Positions 39,046 to 48,692 of a stretch of 57,176 nt of DNA are shown piece after piece. Under the pieces are notes generated by a model. It worked only from the letters and a program-made list of their open reading frames with translations. It was not told where the DNA came from and searched no databases. This DNA is from Promethearchaeota archaeon. Lineage in GTDB: Archaea > Asgardarchaeota > Lokiarchaeia > Sigyniarchaeales > SOKP01. How positions within the stretch are numbered: position 1 is the stretch's first letter; every line of letters begins with the position of its first letter. Location of the stretch: assembly GCA_016839765.1 (NCBI GenBank), contig JAEOTP010000049.1, positions 1-57,176 on the forward strand, read 5' to 3'. Made by a program: the position numbers and the translations under genes.

Positions 39046-40803
39046 TTGGAAAAGGATTTGACAGAGCAAAAGCGAATAATAATTAATGCACTCGTTAATT
39101 CTGGCATAAATATTACACCTCAAAGTTTGAAATCAATATTAGATCTAAAAAATCCCCAAAAAGATTTGAGTAATCTAATAAAAGAATTAAGCTTTATTCC
39201 AAATTTTAATAGTCATTTAACAGAAAGTATTTTAAAAAAAATATCAAATGAAGAATTGCAAAAAGCACTAAAAAGGACAATTGAAAAATCAAGGGATTTA
39301 CAAATTGAAAAGAAATCTACTGTAGATGATATAAAATTGAAAAAACCTAGAAGTTCTAACCTTGAGATAAAAACCCAAGAATCAAAAGTTCAAATGGAAA
39401 TATCCACCGAATTCCCTACTAAATTGGAAGATATAAAAGTTAATTCTACTGAAAGCTTTATTACAAAAGAAAAATTAAAGATTCAACAGTTTGGATCAAC
39501 TAAATCCAATATAAAAGTCAGTCCTATTGCTAAAGACTATGAATTTGACTATGCAATCTTAAAAGATCCAACAGGAAAATTATATACAAATGGGGAGTAT
39601 TCTGATTTTTATCAGTTAACGCTAGATAAGTTCAAAAAATTACACACATTAATGAGAAAAAGACCCGAGGTACAATCTGCCGTCTCCATAAAGAACATTC
39701 TTAGATTGTCAAGGGATGTGGAAATTTCCACTATAGGATTAGTCAAAAATATTCGTCAAACCAAAAATGGTAACTATTTCTTAGAATTGGAAGATTTAAC
39801 AGGTTGGATTAATGTACTTGTTAGAAAAGATTCTGAAGATCAAGAATCTATAAATACCGTCAAAAAGATTGTTTTTGATCAAATGCTCTATGTGAAAGGA
39901 ATGTATAACTCAGGTGAAAAGTTTAAAAATGGAATAATTTTTGCTGATTACATCTCAAGAATAGATATACCCACAGATTATCAGCCAAATAAATCTACTT
40001 TTCCAATTTCTCTTGCATTAATTTCAGATACGCATATTGGCAGCAAAGAATTTGAAGAACCCTTGTTTAAAAGATTTTTAAATTTTTTAAATGGTAAAGT
40101 CGGTAATAAGAAATTAAGAGAAATTGCTGGAAGAATAAAATATATAATAATAAATGGTGATCTAGTTGATGGGATTGGAGTCTATCCGAATCAACAAAAT
40201 GATTTAATAATTTCTGATATTTATAAGCAATTTAAAAAAGCTTCAGAGTTACTAGCTGAAATTCCAGATTACATTAAAATTTTTTATATATCCGGTAATC
40301 ATGAACCAGTTAGGAATGCACTACCTAGACCCGCAGTTCCAAAAAAATATTGCGGAGCTTTAATTGATCTAAATGTTACATGTTTAGGAAATCCTTCTTT
40401 ACTCAAAACTCATAATGTAAACACACTTATTTATCATGGAGAAAGTATTCATGATATGAATTTGTTAATTCATGATTTAGATATAAATAAACCTATTGAT
40501 GCTATGAAAGAATTTCTCATTTGTAGACATTTAGCACCAATTTTTGGTGAAAAAACACAAATTGCACCGGCAGAAAAAGATTTCCTTGTAATAGATAAAA
40601 TTCCTGATATTTTTCATACAGGTCATATTCACATAAATGGGAGCGGGAAATACAATAATGTAACCTTGATTAATTCTGGATGCTTTCAAGCCCAAACAGA
40701 TTTTATGAAAAGTTTTGGAATAGATCCAACTCCTGGAATTGTTCCGATTATTGAATTAGATACGCTAAAGGCATTTGAATTAGATTTAAAAAGTAATAAT
40801 TAA
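39046..40803 (+). CDS. polB: DNA polymerase D small (proofreading) subunit (DP1)
   Basis: OB fold (TKNGN..LELEDLTG), SDTHIGS, GDLVDGIGVYP, GNHE, RHLAP, HTGHIH. Confidence 0.97.
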   Translation: MEKDLTEQKRIIINALVNSGINITPQSLKSILDLKNPQKDLSNLIKELSFIPNFNSHLTESILKKISNEELQKALKRTIEKSRDLQIEKKSTVDDIKLKKPRSSNLEIKTQESKVQMEISTEFPTKLEDIKVNSTESFITKEKLKIQQFGSTKSNIKVSPIAKDYEFDYAILKDPTGKLYTNGEYSDFYQLTLDKFKKLHTLMRKRPEVQSAVSIKNILRLSRDVEISTIGLVKNIRQTKNGNYFLELEDLTGWINVLVRKDSEDQESINTVKKIVFDQMLYVKGMYNSGEKFKNGIIFADYISRIDIPTDYQPNKSTFPISLALISDTHIGSKEFEEPLFKRFLNFLNGKVGNKKLREIAGRIKYIIINGDLVDGIGVYPNQQNDLIISDIYKQFKKASELLAEIPDYIKIFYISGNHEPVRNALPRPAVPKKYCGALIDLNVTCLGNPSLLKTHNVNTLIYHGESIHDMNLLIHDLDINKPIDAMKEFLICRHLAPIFGEKTQIAPAEKDFLVIDKIPDIFHTGHIHINGSGKYNNVTLINSGCFQAQTDFMKSFGIDPTPGIVPIIELDTLKAFELDLKSNN

Positions 40804-40836
40804 TAAATTTAAATAAACACAACAAAACAATTCTTT

Positions 40837-41520
40837 ATGTCTTTTTCAATTCCTCGTCAAAAGATATCAGAAATGGTATTATATATATGGAAAATCATAA
40901 ACTTTCCAGAGATTCCATATGAAAATCTATTATTTAAAATTACTTTTGAATTATTTCTTTATTCCCCCGATGAAGCAAAATTTTTCATTGAAAATGCTAT
41001 TAAAAATAAACTTCTTATTCAGGATGATCATAAAAATCTTAAATTATCCGAGAATTTAAATTCCAAATTTCAAGCTTGGCAAAAAAATCGTAAGAATGAA
41101 ATTTTACGAAAAATGGCTTCTTATCATAAGCAAAGTGAACTTAAGAATACGCTCGAACAAAATGATAAGGATGAATTTAACATTCTTTTAAAGAGATTCA
41201 CAGACAAACCAACTCTTAATCGAGCAGTAGGAGTTTCAGAATCTGCGTTTAGTTTAAAAAAAGTTGATTTAAATGAAGGATTAATACTTGGCAACGTTGT
41301 AGGATCGAAAGAAGAACCTTATGTATTTAAAATAGATATAAATGAAAAAGAGTTAAAACACAACTGCCATGATTTTCAAACAAGAAGAGCCAAAGAAAAA
41401 AAATTCTGCAAACATTTAATTAGATTATTCTTGTTATTAAAAGAAAAAGATCAAAAAGTAGCAGTTTCTTTTCTTAAGAAAATTAGTGATAATATTGAAA
41501 AATGGGAATTTTCAGACTAA
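40837..41520 (+). CDS. Protein with N-terminal DUF2240-like helices and C-terminal SWIM-type zinc finger
   Basis: HNCHDF...FCKHL; overlaps the cdc6 stop by 4 nt. Confidence 0.75.
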   Translation: MSFSIPRQKISEMVLYIWKIINFPEIPYENLLFKITFELFLYSPDEAKFFIENAIKNKLLIQDDHKNLKLSENLNSKFQAWQKNRKNEILRKMASYHKQSELKNTLEQNDKDEFNILLKRFTDKPTLNRAVGVSESAFSLKKVDLNEGLILGNVVGSKEEPYVFKIDINEKELKHNCHDFQTRRAKEKKFCKHLIRLFLLLKEKDQKVAVSFLKKISDNIEKWEFSD

Positions 41521-42839
41521 ATTAGCTTTCTAAAAACACTATTCTTTATTTTAACCTTATCGGTCAATAAAACTATTGGCTTATGGTTTAAAATACCACT
41601 GATTCGTATTTTTTCTATTTGAGATAAAGCACGCTCAACTAAATCTTTTTCAATATCAAAATTAACCAACTTTGTCCTTCCGTAGTGTCCCATGGACTTA
41701 GTACTTGCGGTTATTATTCCTGCTAGAGATAGTTCATTTATATAATCACTTATCCTTCTTTGGGTTAATCTTTTTATACCTGGTACTTTCTCAGCTAATT
41801 CTGAATGTGTTTCATATATATCTCCAGAGGTGATGATATGACCTTTTCCATACTTCATTAGAAGATGAATTGCCGTTAATGTCAATTGTGCTTGAAGTGG
41901 CATCGATAACATATATTCTACTATATGATCTTTTTCGAGATCTTTTTGAGCCTTAGTTATATCTGATTCTGAAATCATTTTGTGTTGTTTTCTCTCAGCA
42001 AGCTCTCCTGCTTTTCTTAATAATTGAAGTGCTTTTCTAGCATCTCCGTGTTCTTTTGCAGCTAAACCAGCACAAAGCTTTATAATACCTTGATCTAAAA
42101 CATTTTCATTAAAAGCAATTCTTGAGCGTTGGATTAATATATCAGCTAATTCATTAGCGTTATAAGGATGAAATACTATTGGTTCTTGCCCTGATAATCC
42201 AGATGTAACTCTTGAATCCAAATATTCCATGAACCTTAATTTATTTGATATGCCAATTATACATGCTCTGCACGAATCTAAGTTCTCATTCAACCTTGTT
42301 AAATCATATAAAATTTCATTTCCTTCTCTTTTTTTAATAAGAATATCAATCTCATCTAAAACAAGAAAACAAACAGTATTTTTGATGCGTATGTCTAATA
42401 ACCCTAATAACTTTTTAAAAATTATGTCTTTTGGCAATCCAGTTGGTGGTATTTTTTCTTTTCCTTCTATCGTATTATAAATATGAGCTAGAATACGATA
42501 AGGAGTAGAAACGATGTTGCAATTTATATAAATCCACCATGGAGGATTTTTTTCACAATGTTGAGCTATTTTTTGGCTGACATACCTAATCGTAGCAGTC
42601 TTACCTGTACCTGTCATTCCATAACATAGGAAGCTAGGAGGTACATCTCCTTCTAACGCACATGCTGTTATCCCTGCAATTTTCTTTATTTCGTTATCTC
42701 GATGTGGTAATTCTTCAGGAATATATGAAGGTTCTAAAGCTTCACGCATTTTAAATATTTTTGGTCCTTTCAAATATTTCTTATAAAATCTGTCAATATT
42801 AAAAGAGTGATTATCATTATTCTTTGGATTAGTCAACAA
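41517..42839 (-). CDS. cdc6: Orc1/Cdc6 replication initiator
   Basis: L.PSYIPEELPHR, GMTGTGKT, VLDEID, HGDARKAL, wHTH with GHYGRTK. Confidence 0.96.
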   Translation of the reverse strand: MLTNPKNNDNHSFNIDRFYKKYLKGPKIFKMREALEPSYIPEELPHRDNEIKKIAGITACALEGDVPPSFLCYGMTGTGKTATIRYVSQKIAQHCEKNPPWWIYINCNIVSTPYRILAHIYNTIEGKEKIPPTGLPKDIIFKKLLGLLDIRIKNTVCFLVLDEIDILIKKREGNEILYDLTRLNENLDSCRACIIGISNKLRFMEYLDSRVTSGLSGQEPIVFHPYNANELADILIQRSRIAFNENVLDQGIIKLCAGLAAKEHGDARKALQLLRKAGELAERKQHKMISESDITKAQKDLEKDHIVEYMLSMPLQAQLTLTAIHLLMKYGKGHIITSGDIYETHSELAEKVPGIKRLTQRRISDYINELSLAGIITASTKSMGHYGRTKLVNFDIEKDLVERALSQIEKIRISGILNHKPIVLLTDKVKIKNSVFRKLI

Positions 42840-43102
42840 ACAATTACACCTACTTTATAATTATTGATAATAAACATATAAAAATATCATGTTAACCGAC
42901 AAATTAATTGAGAGCAATCAAGCCCTTAATATATATTGATTTGCCTTATCCGTAATTTTTAATATTACAGTCTCACTTTTAAAAGATAGTTATTTATCGA
43001 ATAATATTATTAATGATTTATTATTTAGCTTTAAATTTAACAATATTTAATTTAAATAAATTATTATTTTATGTAATTTCTCTTACAGCTCACTTAATAA
43101 AT

Positions 43103-43876
43103 ATGTCAAAAACGGACAATGATGAGATTCTCATAAAGAGAAATACAAAAATAGCAAAAATTTTAGCGCTTAGTTTTGCCTGTTTGTTTATTATGAATTT
43201 TATCGTGATCTCTCTCATATTTACATGGGCAGATTGGATAGCCCTCCTAATTTTCAGTTTGTTGTTTATAACACCAGGTTATATATCAAATGCGGGAATG
43301 GTAATAGTTGGTAGAGGTAAACCGATAGATGGAGGCAAATTTTGTAAAGATGGGAGAAGAATACTAGGAGATCATAAAACATGGAGGGGATTAATTTTTG
43401 GGCCACTCTATATAGGTATACCGATCTCTTTTGGAATTTATCTATTATTCCTCGCATTATGGCCCGCAATTGAGGTAATCCCTGTTTCTGGAGCAGCAGA
43501 AGGAATTTATAAACTCTATTCCGATATATTCTACTATAAATACTATTTTATTGGAGGAGAATTCCCAATTGGATTATTAATGATATTAATTAGAATAATT
43601 CTTTGTTCTTACGGAGCGGCTATTGGAGATTTAATTGGGTCTTTTTTTAAAAGAAGGTTAAATATTCAAAGTGGAGCACCGTTTTGGATAATTGATCAAC
43701 TTGATTTTGTATCAATAGCAATTCTTTTTGCATCTATACCAGCGTTAATTTTCCCAGGAACTTATTTAGCACCCGATATTTTCATTATAATATTTTTATT
43801 GATTTTAACCCCTTCAGTGAGTATTATTGCGAATACTGTAGCCTACATTGTAGGTTTAAAGAATGTTCCTTGGTAA
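43103..43876 (+). CDS. carS: CDP-archaeol synthase (start revised from 43013 to MSKTDN)
   Basis: PGYISNA, PIDGG..DGRRILGDHKTWRG, GDLIGSFFKRR, DQLD, GLKNVPW. Confidence 0.94.
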   Translation: MSKTDNDEILIKRNTKIAKILALSFACLFIMNFIVISLIFTWADWIALLIFSLLFITPGYISNAGMVIVGRGKPIDGGKFCKDGRRILGDHKTWRGLIFGPLYIGIPISFGIYLLFLALWPAIEVIPVSGAAEGIYKLYSDIFYYKYYFIGGEFPIGLLMILIRIILCSYGAAIGDLIGSFFKRRLNIQSGAPFWIIDQLDFVSIAILFASIPALIFPGTYLAPDIFIIIFLLILTPSVSIIANTVAYIVGLKNVPW

Positions 43877-43877
43877 T

Positions 43878-44429
43878 TTAGTGTTTTAGTTTCATTACTT
43901 TACACGAAATCTTTATCGGAACCCCTCTATTTTGGAATATGATATATTTCTCAAGTAATTTATTGACGGCTTTTATATAATTTCCATTTCTTCCTATAGC
44001 TATTCCTCTATCTTCAAAAGTAAGAAAATTTACTGATATTTCCCGTTTGCCAGAATAAATGTTGAATTCAACTTTGATATCATGAATATAAATATCTGGA
44101 AAAAAACTATGTACTAAATTAATAAGAGTATTCTCCGAACGGATTAACGCTACTTTTCTACAGAATTTAAACCTAATGGAATTCAAATGTGTTTTTGCTT
44201 CAAAATAATACTCATTATCCACAAAATAAAAGACAAATTGATTAATTACTATAATATTTTTAGGATAAATTTTAGTCTTATTGTAGAAATAATCATATAA
44301 TTTTAGTTCAAAATTAGTGTATTTTCTGATAAAAGTCAAAGTTTGATAAAAAATTAAATCATCTAAAATTGTGTAAAGCATACAAAAGAATTTTATCATG
44401 AAGAGATTTAAAGTCCTAAGAAAATTCAA
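43878..44429 (-). CDS. NusA-like KH-domain protein (start uncertain)
   Basis: DRGIAIGRNGNYIKAVNKLL KH motif. Confidence 0.7.
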   Translation of the reverse strand: MNFLRTLNLFMIKFFCMLYTILDDLIFYQTLTFIRKYTNFELKLYDYFYNKTKIYPKNIIVINQFVFYFVDNEYYFEAKTHLNSIRFKFCRKVALIRSENTLINLVHSFFPDIYIHDIKVEFNIYSGKREISVNFLTFEDRGIAIGRNGNYIKAVNKLLEKYIIFQNRGVPIKISCKVMKLKH

Positions 44430-44500
44430 TATATAGACAAAAAGTTTAATAAAGTAAGATAATCTTTTTGAATTAATTGTATCTTAACGGTTATCAGATA

Positions 44501-44938
44501 ATGAAAGAGGCTGGATTTGAATTTAAAGACCATACAGCAGATGTACAAGTTAGAAGTTGGGGTAAAACATTAGAAGAAGCTTTCTCGCAAACAGCCTTAA
44601 GTTTAATGGCTACAATTACACCTAATTTAAAAAAAATTTCCCCTCTCATCATAAGAAGTATTGAAGTATATTCTGAAGATATTTATGCTTTATGTTTTGA
44701 TTTCCTTTCTGAATTTCTCTATATATTTGATGTAGACGAATTAATATTTAGTGAAATTACTGTGGAATTGATAAAAAAACTCAATAATAGATATAAACTA
44801 AAAGCAACTGCAAAAGGAGAGAAGTTTGATCGAAATAAGCATGAAATGGGAACAGAAGTTAAAGCAATAACCTATTCATTCATGAATATAGAAGAAAAAA
44901 AAAATAAAGTTGAAATTGATATCACTTTCGATATATAA
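44501..44938 (+). CDS. Archease (RtcB cofactor); start revised to MKEAGF
   Basis: DHTADV, GKTLEEAF, EVKAITY, C-terminal FDI. Confidence 0.96.
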   Translation: MKEAGFEFKDHTADVQVRSWGKTLEEAFSQTALSLMATITPNLKKISPLIIRSIEVYSEDIYALCFDFLSEFLYIFDVDELIFSEITVELIKKLNNRYKLKATAKGEKFDRNKHEMGTEVKAITYSFMNIEEKKNKVEIDITFDI

Positions 44939-44950
44939 ATCCACTATCTT

Positions 44951-46423
44951 TTAACCTTTCACAACACCAACAGGGACTAATCTAACTACTTTTTCTACAA
45001 TGCCTAAGTCATGGCTTACCTGAACAACTTGATCAATGTCTTTATAGGCTCCAGGTGCTTCTTCTGCTATTATTTTCATCGAAGCCGCTTTTACTAAAAT
45101 TCCTCTATTACTTAAATCATCCTTTACTCTGGCACCCCAATATTTCTTCGTGGCTTTAGATCTAGACATTAATCTACCAGATCCATGGGCTGTAGATCCA
45201 AAAGAAAGTTCCATTGCTTTAGGTTTTCCCACACATAAATATGAAGCACTTCCCATTGTACCAGGAATTAATGCTGGTTGTCCGATTTCTTTATATTCTT
45301 GAGGAAGTACTGGATGTCCAGGTGGAAATGCTCGAGTAGCACCTTTACGATGCACATTTAATTTCATTTTTTTACCATCTACTTCATGCTCCTCGATTTT
45401 TAAAATATTATGACAAACTCCATAAATTAAATGTAAACCCAACTCATCAAAATTCTTATTAAAATGATGTTGGAAGGACTCTCTTATCCAATGAGTTATC
45501 AATTGACGATTTGTAAACCCAAAATTAGCTGCGCAAGCCATTTGACTAAGATAATTTTGTGCTTCTGGAGTATCTGCTGGAACACAAGCTAATTCCCTAT
45601 CTGGTACTCTAATATTATATTTATTCATTGCACGTTCTATGTTACGTAGTGAATCTGTGCAAACTTGATGACCAACTGCTCTTGAACCAGTATGAATCAT
45701 AACCGTGATTTGATTCTTTTCATTTATTCCTAATTTTTTCGCAATGGATTCATTGTATATCTCATCAACTTTCTGAATTTCCAGAAAATGATTACCACTT
45801 CCTAATGATCCAAGCTGTTTAATTCCTCTTTCTTTGGCTTTTTGAGAAATTAGACTTGCATTAGCATCTTTTAAACATCCCTTTTCCTCACAATATTGAA
45901 GATCCTCTTCAATCGCATAGTCATTATCTAAAGCCCAATTCATTCCTGTATTCAAAACCTTGTCTAGATCTGAATAACTAATGTTAAGTTTACCCTTTGA
46001 ACCCAAACCTGAAGGTATATTTTTAAAAATTGTATTTATTAGGCTTGGAATGCTGGTTTTTATATCTTTAAACATTAAATTCGTTCTCAATAACCTAACT
46101 CCACAATTAATATCATACCCTACACCCCCTGGTGATATCATTCCCGTATCTGCATCTGTACCAGCAACTCCACCAATACAAAAACCATATCCTTGATGAG
46201 CATCCGAAAGTGCGATTACATGTTTTTCAACTCCTTGTAAACAAGCCACATTTGCTATTTGATCAAGAGTTCTGTCTCCCTTGATTTTTTCCAAGATATA
46301 TTCATTAGCATAAATATGTACCGGTACCTTCATCTGAAATTTCTCTATTCTCCCCCCTACTCGCGCCATCAACGTCTTAGGTGGTATCTCGTATACATTG
46401 TCAGCAACTTTATTCACATTCAT
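44951..46423 (-). CDS. rtcB: RNA-splicing ligase RtcB
   Basis: DAHQGYGF, PGGVGYDINCG, GSGNHFLE, HTGSR, HRKGAT, HGSGR, EEAPGAYK. Confidence 0.98.
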   Translation of the reverse strand: MNVNKVADNVYEIPPKTLMARVGGRIEKFQMKVPVHIYANEYILEKIKGDRTLDQIANVACLQGVEKHVIALSDAHQGYGFCIGGVAGTDADTGMISPGGVGYDINCGVRLLRTNLMFKDIKTSIPSLINTIFKNIPSGLGSKGKLNISYSDLDKVLNTGMNWALDNDYAIEEDLQYCEEKGCLKDANASLISQKAKERGIKQLGSLGSGNHFLEIQKVDEIYNESIAKKLGINEKNQITVMIHTGSRAVGHQVCTDSLRNIERAMNKYNIRVPDRELACVPADTPEAQNYLSQMACAANFGFTNRQLITHWIRESFQHHFNKNFDELGLHLIYGVCHNILKIEEHEVDGKKMKLNVHRKGATRAFPPGHPVLPQEYKEIGQPALIPGTMGSASYLCVGKPKAMELSFGSTAHGSGRLMSRSKATKKYWGARVKDDLSNRGILVKAASMKIIAEEAPGAYKDIDQVVQVSHDLGIVEKVVRLVPVGVVKG

Positions 46424-46572
46424 AATACAATAATTAATAAATGAATTATCATAAATTTTTTCCTTTAATTTAAAAATAATATTTCTTTAAACCCCTTTTG
46501 ATCATTTATTTAACAAGTTGCTAACAAACAGTAACCATTAAAAAAGAGTTCTTAGATGAGATAGAAGATAAT

Positions 46573-47646
46573 CTATTTAATAAAATATTGGTCCTCTATT
46601 TTGGAAATTTTTACATAATCTGAAAGATTTTTAATCAAGAATTCTCTCTCAAGCTGAAATTTTTTATCATCTAATCTAATTCGAAAAGCAAGGTTCTTTT
46701 TATCGATTATTTCAATCCAATGAAGTTTCTCAAATAATTTTAACATCTTTAACACAAAATATTCTTTTTCACCATACTTTTTTATATCTTCTACTATAGA
46801 ATCCAACTTTTTTCTAAAAACATTCTCATTGTTAAAGTTAATAAGAAACTCTTTTTCCTTAGCCAAATTCATCCATAAATAATAATCATCATCATCCAAA
46901 ATCCTACTGTAATTTGTAAAATATCTTAAATTTTCATTCATTAACTCTATTCTTTTATTTTTTATTATCTTCTCCTCAAAATACAAATCTGTTGGTCTTA
47001 AATCCATTCTGCAATAATTGTCATGCTCCGAGTAAATAGCATTAACTAGTTTGATTCCAATAAAACCAAGCGTTCCCGCGAAGAATTTATAACTTTCATA
47101 ACTTATGTTCCTGTAAATACCAACAATCTCCCAAATTAACGTTGGATATTTGCTCCCCTTCTCTGTAATGACCTCAAATCGATAATTTTTCGCAGTTTTA
47201 TTCGCTAAAGCATAATTTTTAAACCGTTCAAGAAGATTCTTGATGGTCGAAAAATCTCGCATATCAATGTTTTTTATAAGATACTTCCTGAAGGCAAATA
47301 GATAACTAGTTATCTTTCCAAATGATAAACCACTATATCTATTTTTCTCCAATGATGGTTCATGTTGGGGTATTGTCGCTCTAAAAGAAAAACTCTCATA
47401 AAAACTACTCATTCCAATATCAACGAATCTCTCAAAATCATCTAACCCTTTTCCCTTTTGGAATATATCCATAACCTTTTCCATCACATAATTATAAAAG
47501 GCAGATACACTTCTAACTCTATCATCCTCGGGATTCTTTTGCCGATTCACACTTACATATCTCTCAATCCAATCCTTAAGTGCTGGTGATATCGAAATTG
47601 ACTGGTGAGTCGTTCTCTTTTCAGATAAAAATCTTTTTGATGTCAT
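46573..47646 (-). CDS. Hypothetical protein with N-terminal ribbon-helix-helix-like segment
   Basis: THQSISISPALKDWIERYV...SVSAFYNYVMEK. Confidence 0.7.
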   Translation of the reverse strand: MTSKRFLSEKRTTHQSISISPALKDWIERYVSVNRQKNPEDDRVRSVSAFYNYVMEKVMDIFQKGKGLDDFERFVDIGMSSFYESFSFRATIPQHEPSLEKNRYSGLSFGKITSYLFAFRKYLIKNIDMRDFSTIKNLLERFKNYALANKTAKNYRFEVITEKGSKYPTLIWEIVGIYRNISYESYKFFAGTLGFIGIKLVNAIYSEHDNYCRMDLRPTDLYFEEKIIKNKRIELMNENLRYFTNYSRILDDDDYYLWMNLAKEKEFLINFNNENVFRKKLDSIVEDIKKYGEKEYFVLKMLKLFEKLHWIEIIDKKNLAFRIRLDDKKFQLEREFLIKNLSDYVKISKIEDQYFIK

Positions 47647-47869
47647 TTTTTTTGAATATTTTGTCTATTAGTCTAAGTTTCTAGTACTCATGATTCTATA
47701 AAAACATGCTGGATTTTTTTGAAGTGTTAAATAACTTCATGCTTTCTAATAATAGAAGATTCAATTCAATTGAAATAGACAAAGAATTCAATAATTAGAT
47801 TATAAAGCAACCCTAAATTAAAACGTAGTTATTTTCAGATTTATAATCCATTATAGTTTTAGTTAAAAC

Positions 47870-47908
47870 TAGGTAAATAGTCAGAAAATGGGAGAATGAG
47901 AATTATTT
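47870..47908 (+). repeat. 39-bp direct repeat, copy 1
   Basis: TAGGTAAATAGTCAGAAAATGGGAGAATGAGAATTATTT; 38/39 identical to 50938-50976. Confidence 0.95.
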
Positions 47909-48026
47909 CTCAATATCTTTATTATTAAAATAAATTATTCAAGTTCCCACTTGAGAAATTAAACCCTCTGGAATTTCCATCTCTCTCTCAAATAGAAAAA
48001 TGTCTAACCAAAATGGTAATTGATTT

Positions 48027-48161
48027 GTGCCCTAATCTATTGAAATGTATATAAAGGAAAGTAACCTAAGTATTAATTACTTACAAATTATGTTTTACAA
48101 TTTTGGCGAAACTAATATGAAATCATATTTAAAAATTAAAATAATAATTTTACTCACGTTA
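48027..48161 (+). repeat. 135-bp duplication, copy 1 (promoter plus truncated signal peptide MKSYLKIKIIILLTLG)
   Basis: Aligns without gaps to 48558-48692. Confidence 0.93.
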
Positions 48162-48230
48162 GGAGTAAAAAAAAAAATCCTCTAAAAAGACCTAGTTATT
48201 ACAATTCTATAAAAAATTTGGCTTTTTATT

Positions 48231-48566
48231 ATGAAAATAAAAGATAAGAGTACCGGTATTACATATGAAAGACTTAAATGCCCACATTGCGGCACAAAAA
48301 ATTTTGTTTCCCCTGAAAAACAAGTGTCGTGTTCCTCATGTGGCTCAGAACTTAACTATGACACTCTACTGAAAAATTCAGCAAAATCTAGAAAAAAAAA
48401 ACTAACACTGATACTTGTAATTATCGTGGTAATTGTAATTATCCTTTTTCCCATTTTATATCCCTACATAGAACGTATCTTACTAATCATTATATACGTT
48501 ATTATCGTTATAACGATTCTCACTACCCTTATCATTATTTCTCAATGGATAAGACCAGTGCCCTAA
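48231..48566 (+). CDS. Zinc-ribbon membrane protein (2 TM)
   Basis: CPHC..CSSC followed by two hydrophobic helices. Confidence 0.8.
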   Translation: MKIKDKSTGITYERLKCPHCGTKNFVSPEKQVSCSSCGSELNYDTLLKNSAKSRKKKLTLILVIIVVIVIILFPILYPYIERILLIIIYVIIVITILTTLIIISQWIRPVP

Positions 48567-48692
48567 TCGATTGAAATGTATATAAAGGAAAGTAACCTAA
48601 TTAGTAATTATTTACAAATTATGTTTTACAATTTTGGCGAAACTAATATGAAATCAAAGCTAAAATCAAAATTAATAATATTACTCACGTTA
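48558..48692 (+). promoter_or_regulatory. 135-bp duplication, copy 2: TATA-containing upstream region and 5' end of the beta-helix gene
   Basis: TATATAAA at 48579-48586, ATG at 48648. Confidence 0.75.

Noticed and set aside
15794-46423. Inteins in common host genes (nrdD, rpoB, DP2, cdc6, rtcB)
   Set aside because: All have normal lengths and uninterrupted motifs
47943-47973. ORB-like sequence GTTCCCACTTGAGAAATTAAACCCTCTGGAA
   Set aside because: Single copy, needs gaps to fit the ORB consensus, has no G-string, and is 5 kb from cdc6
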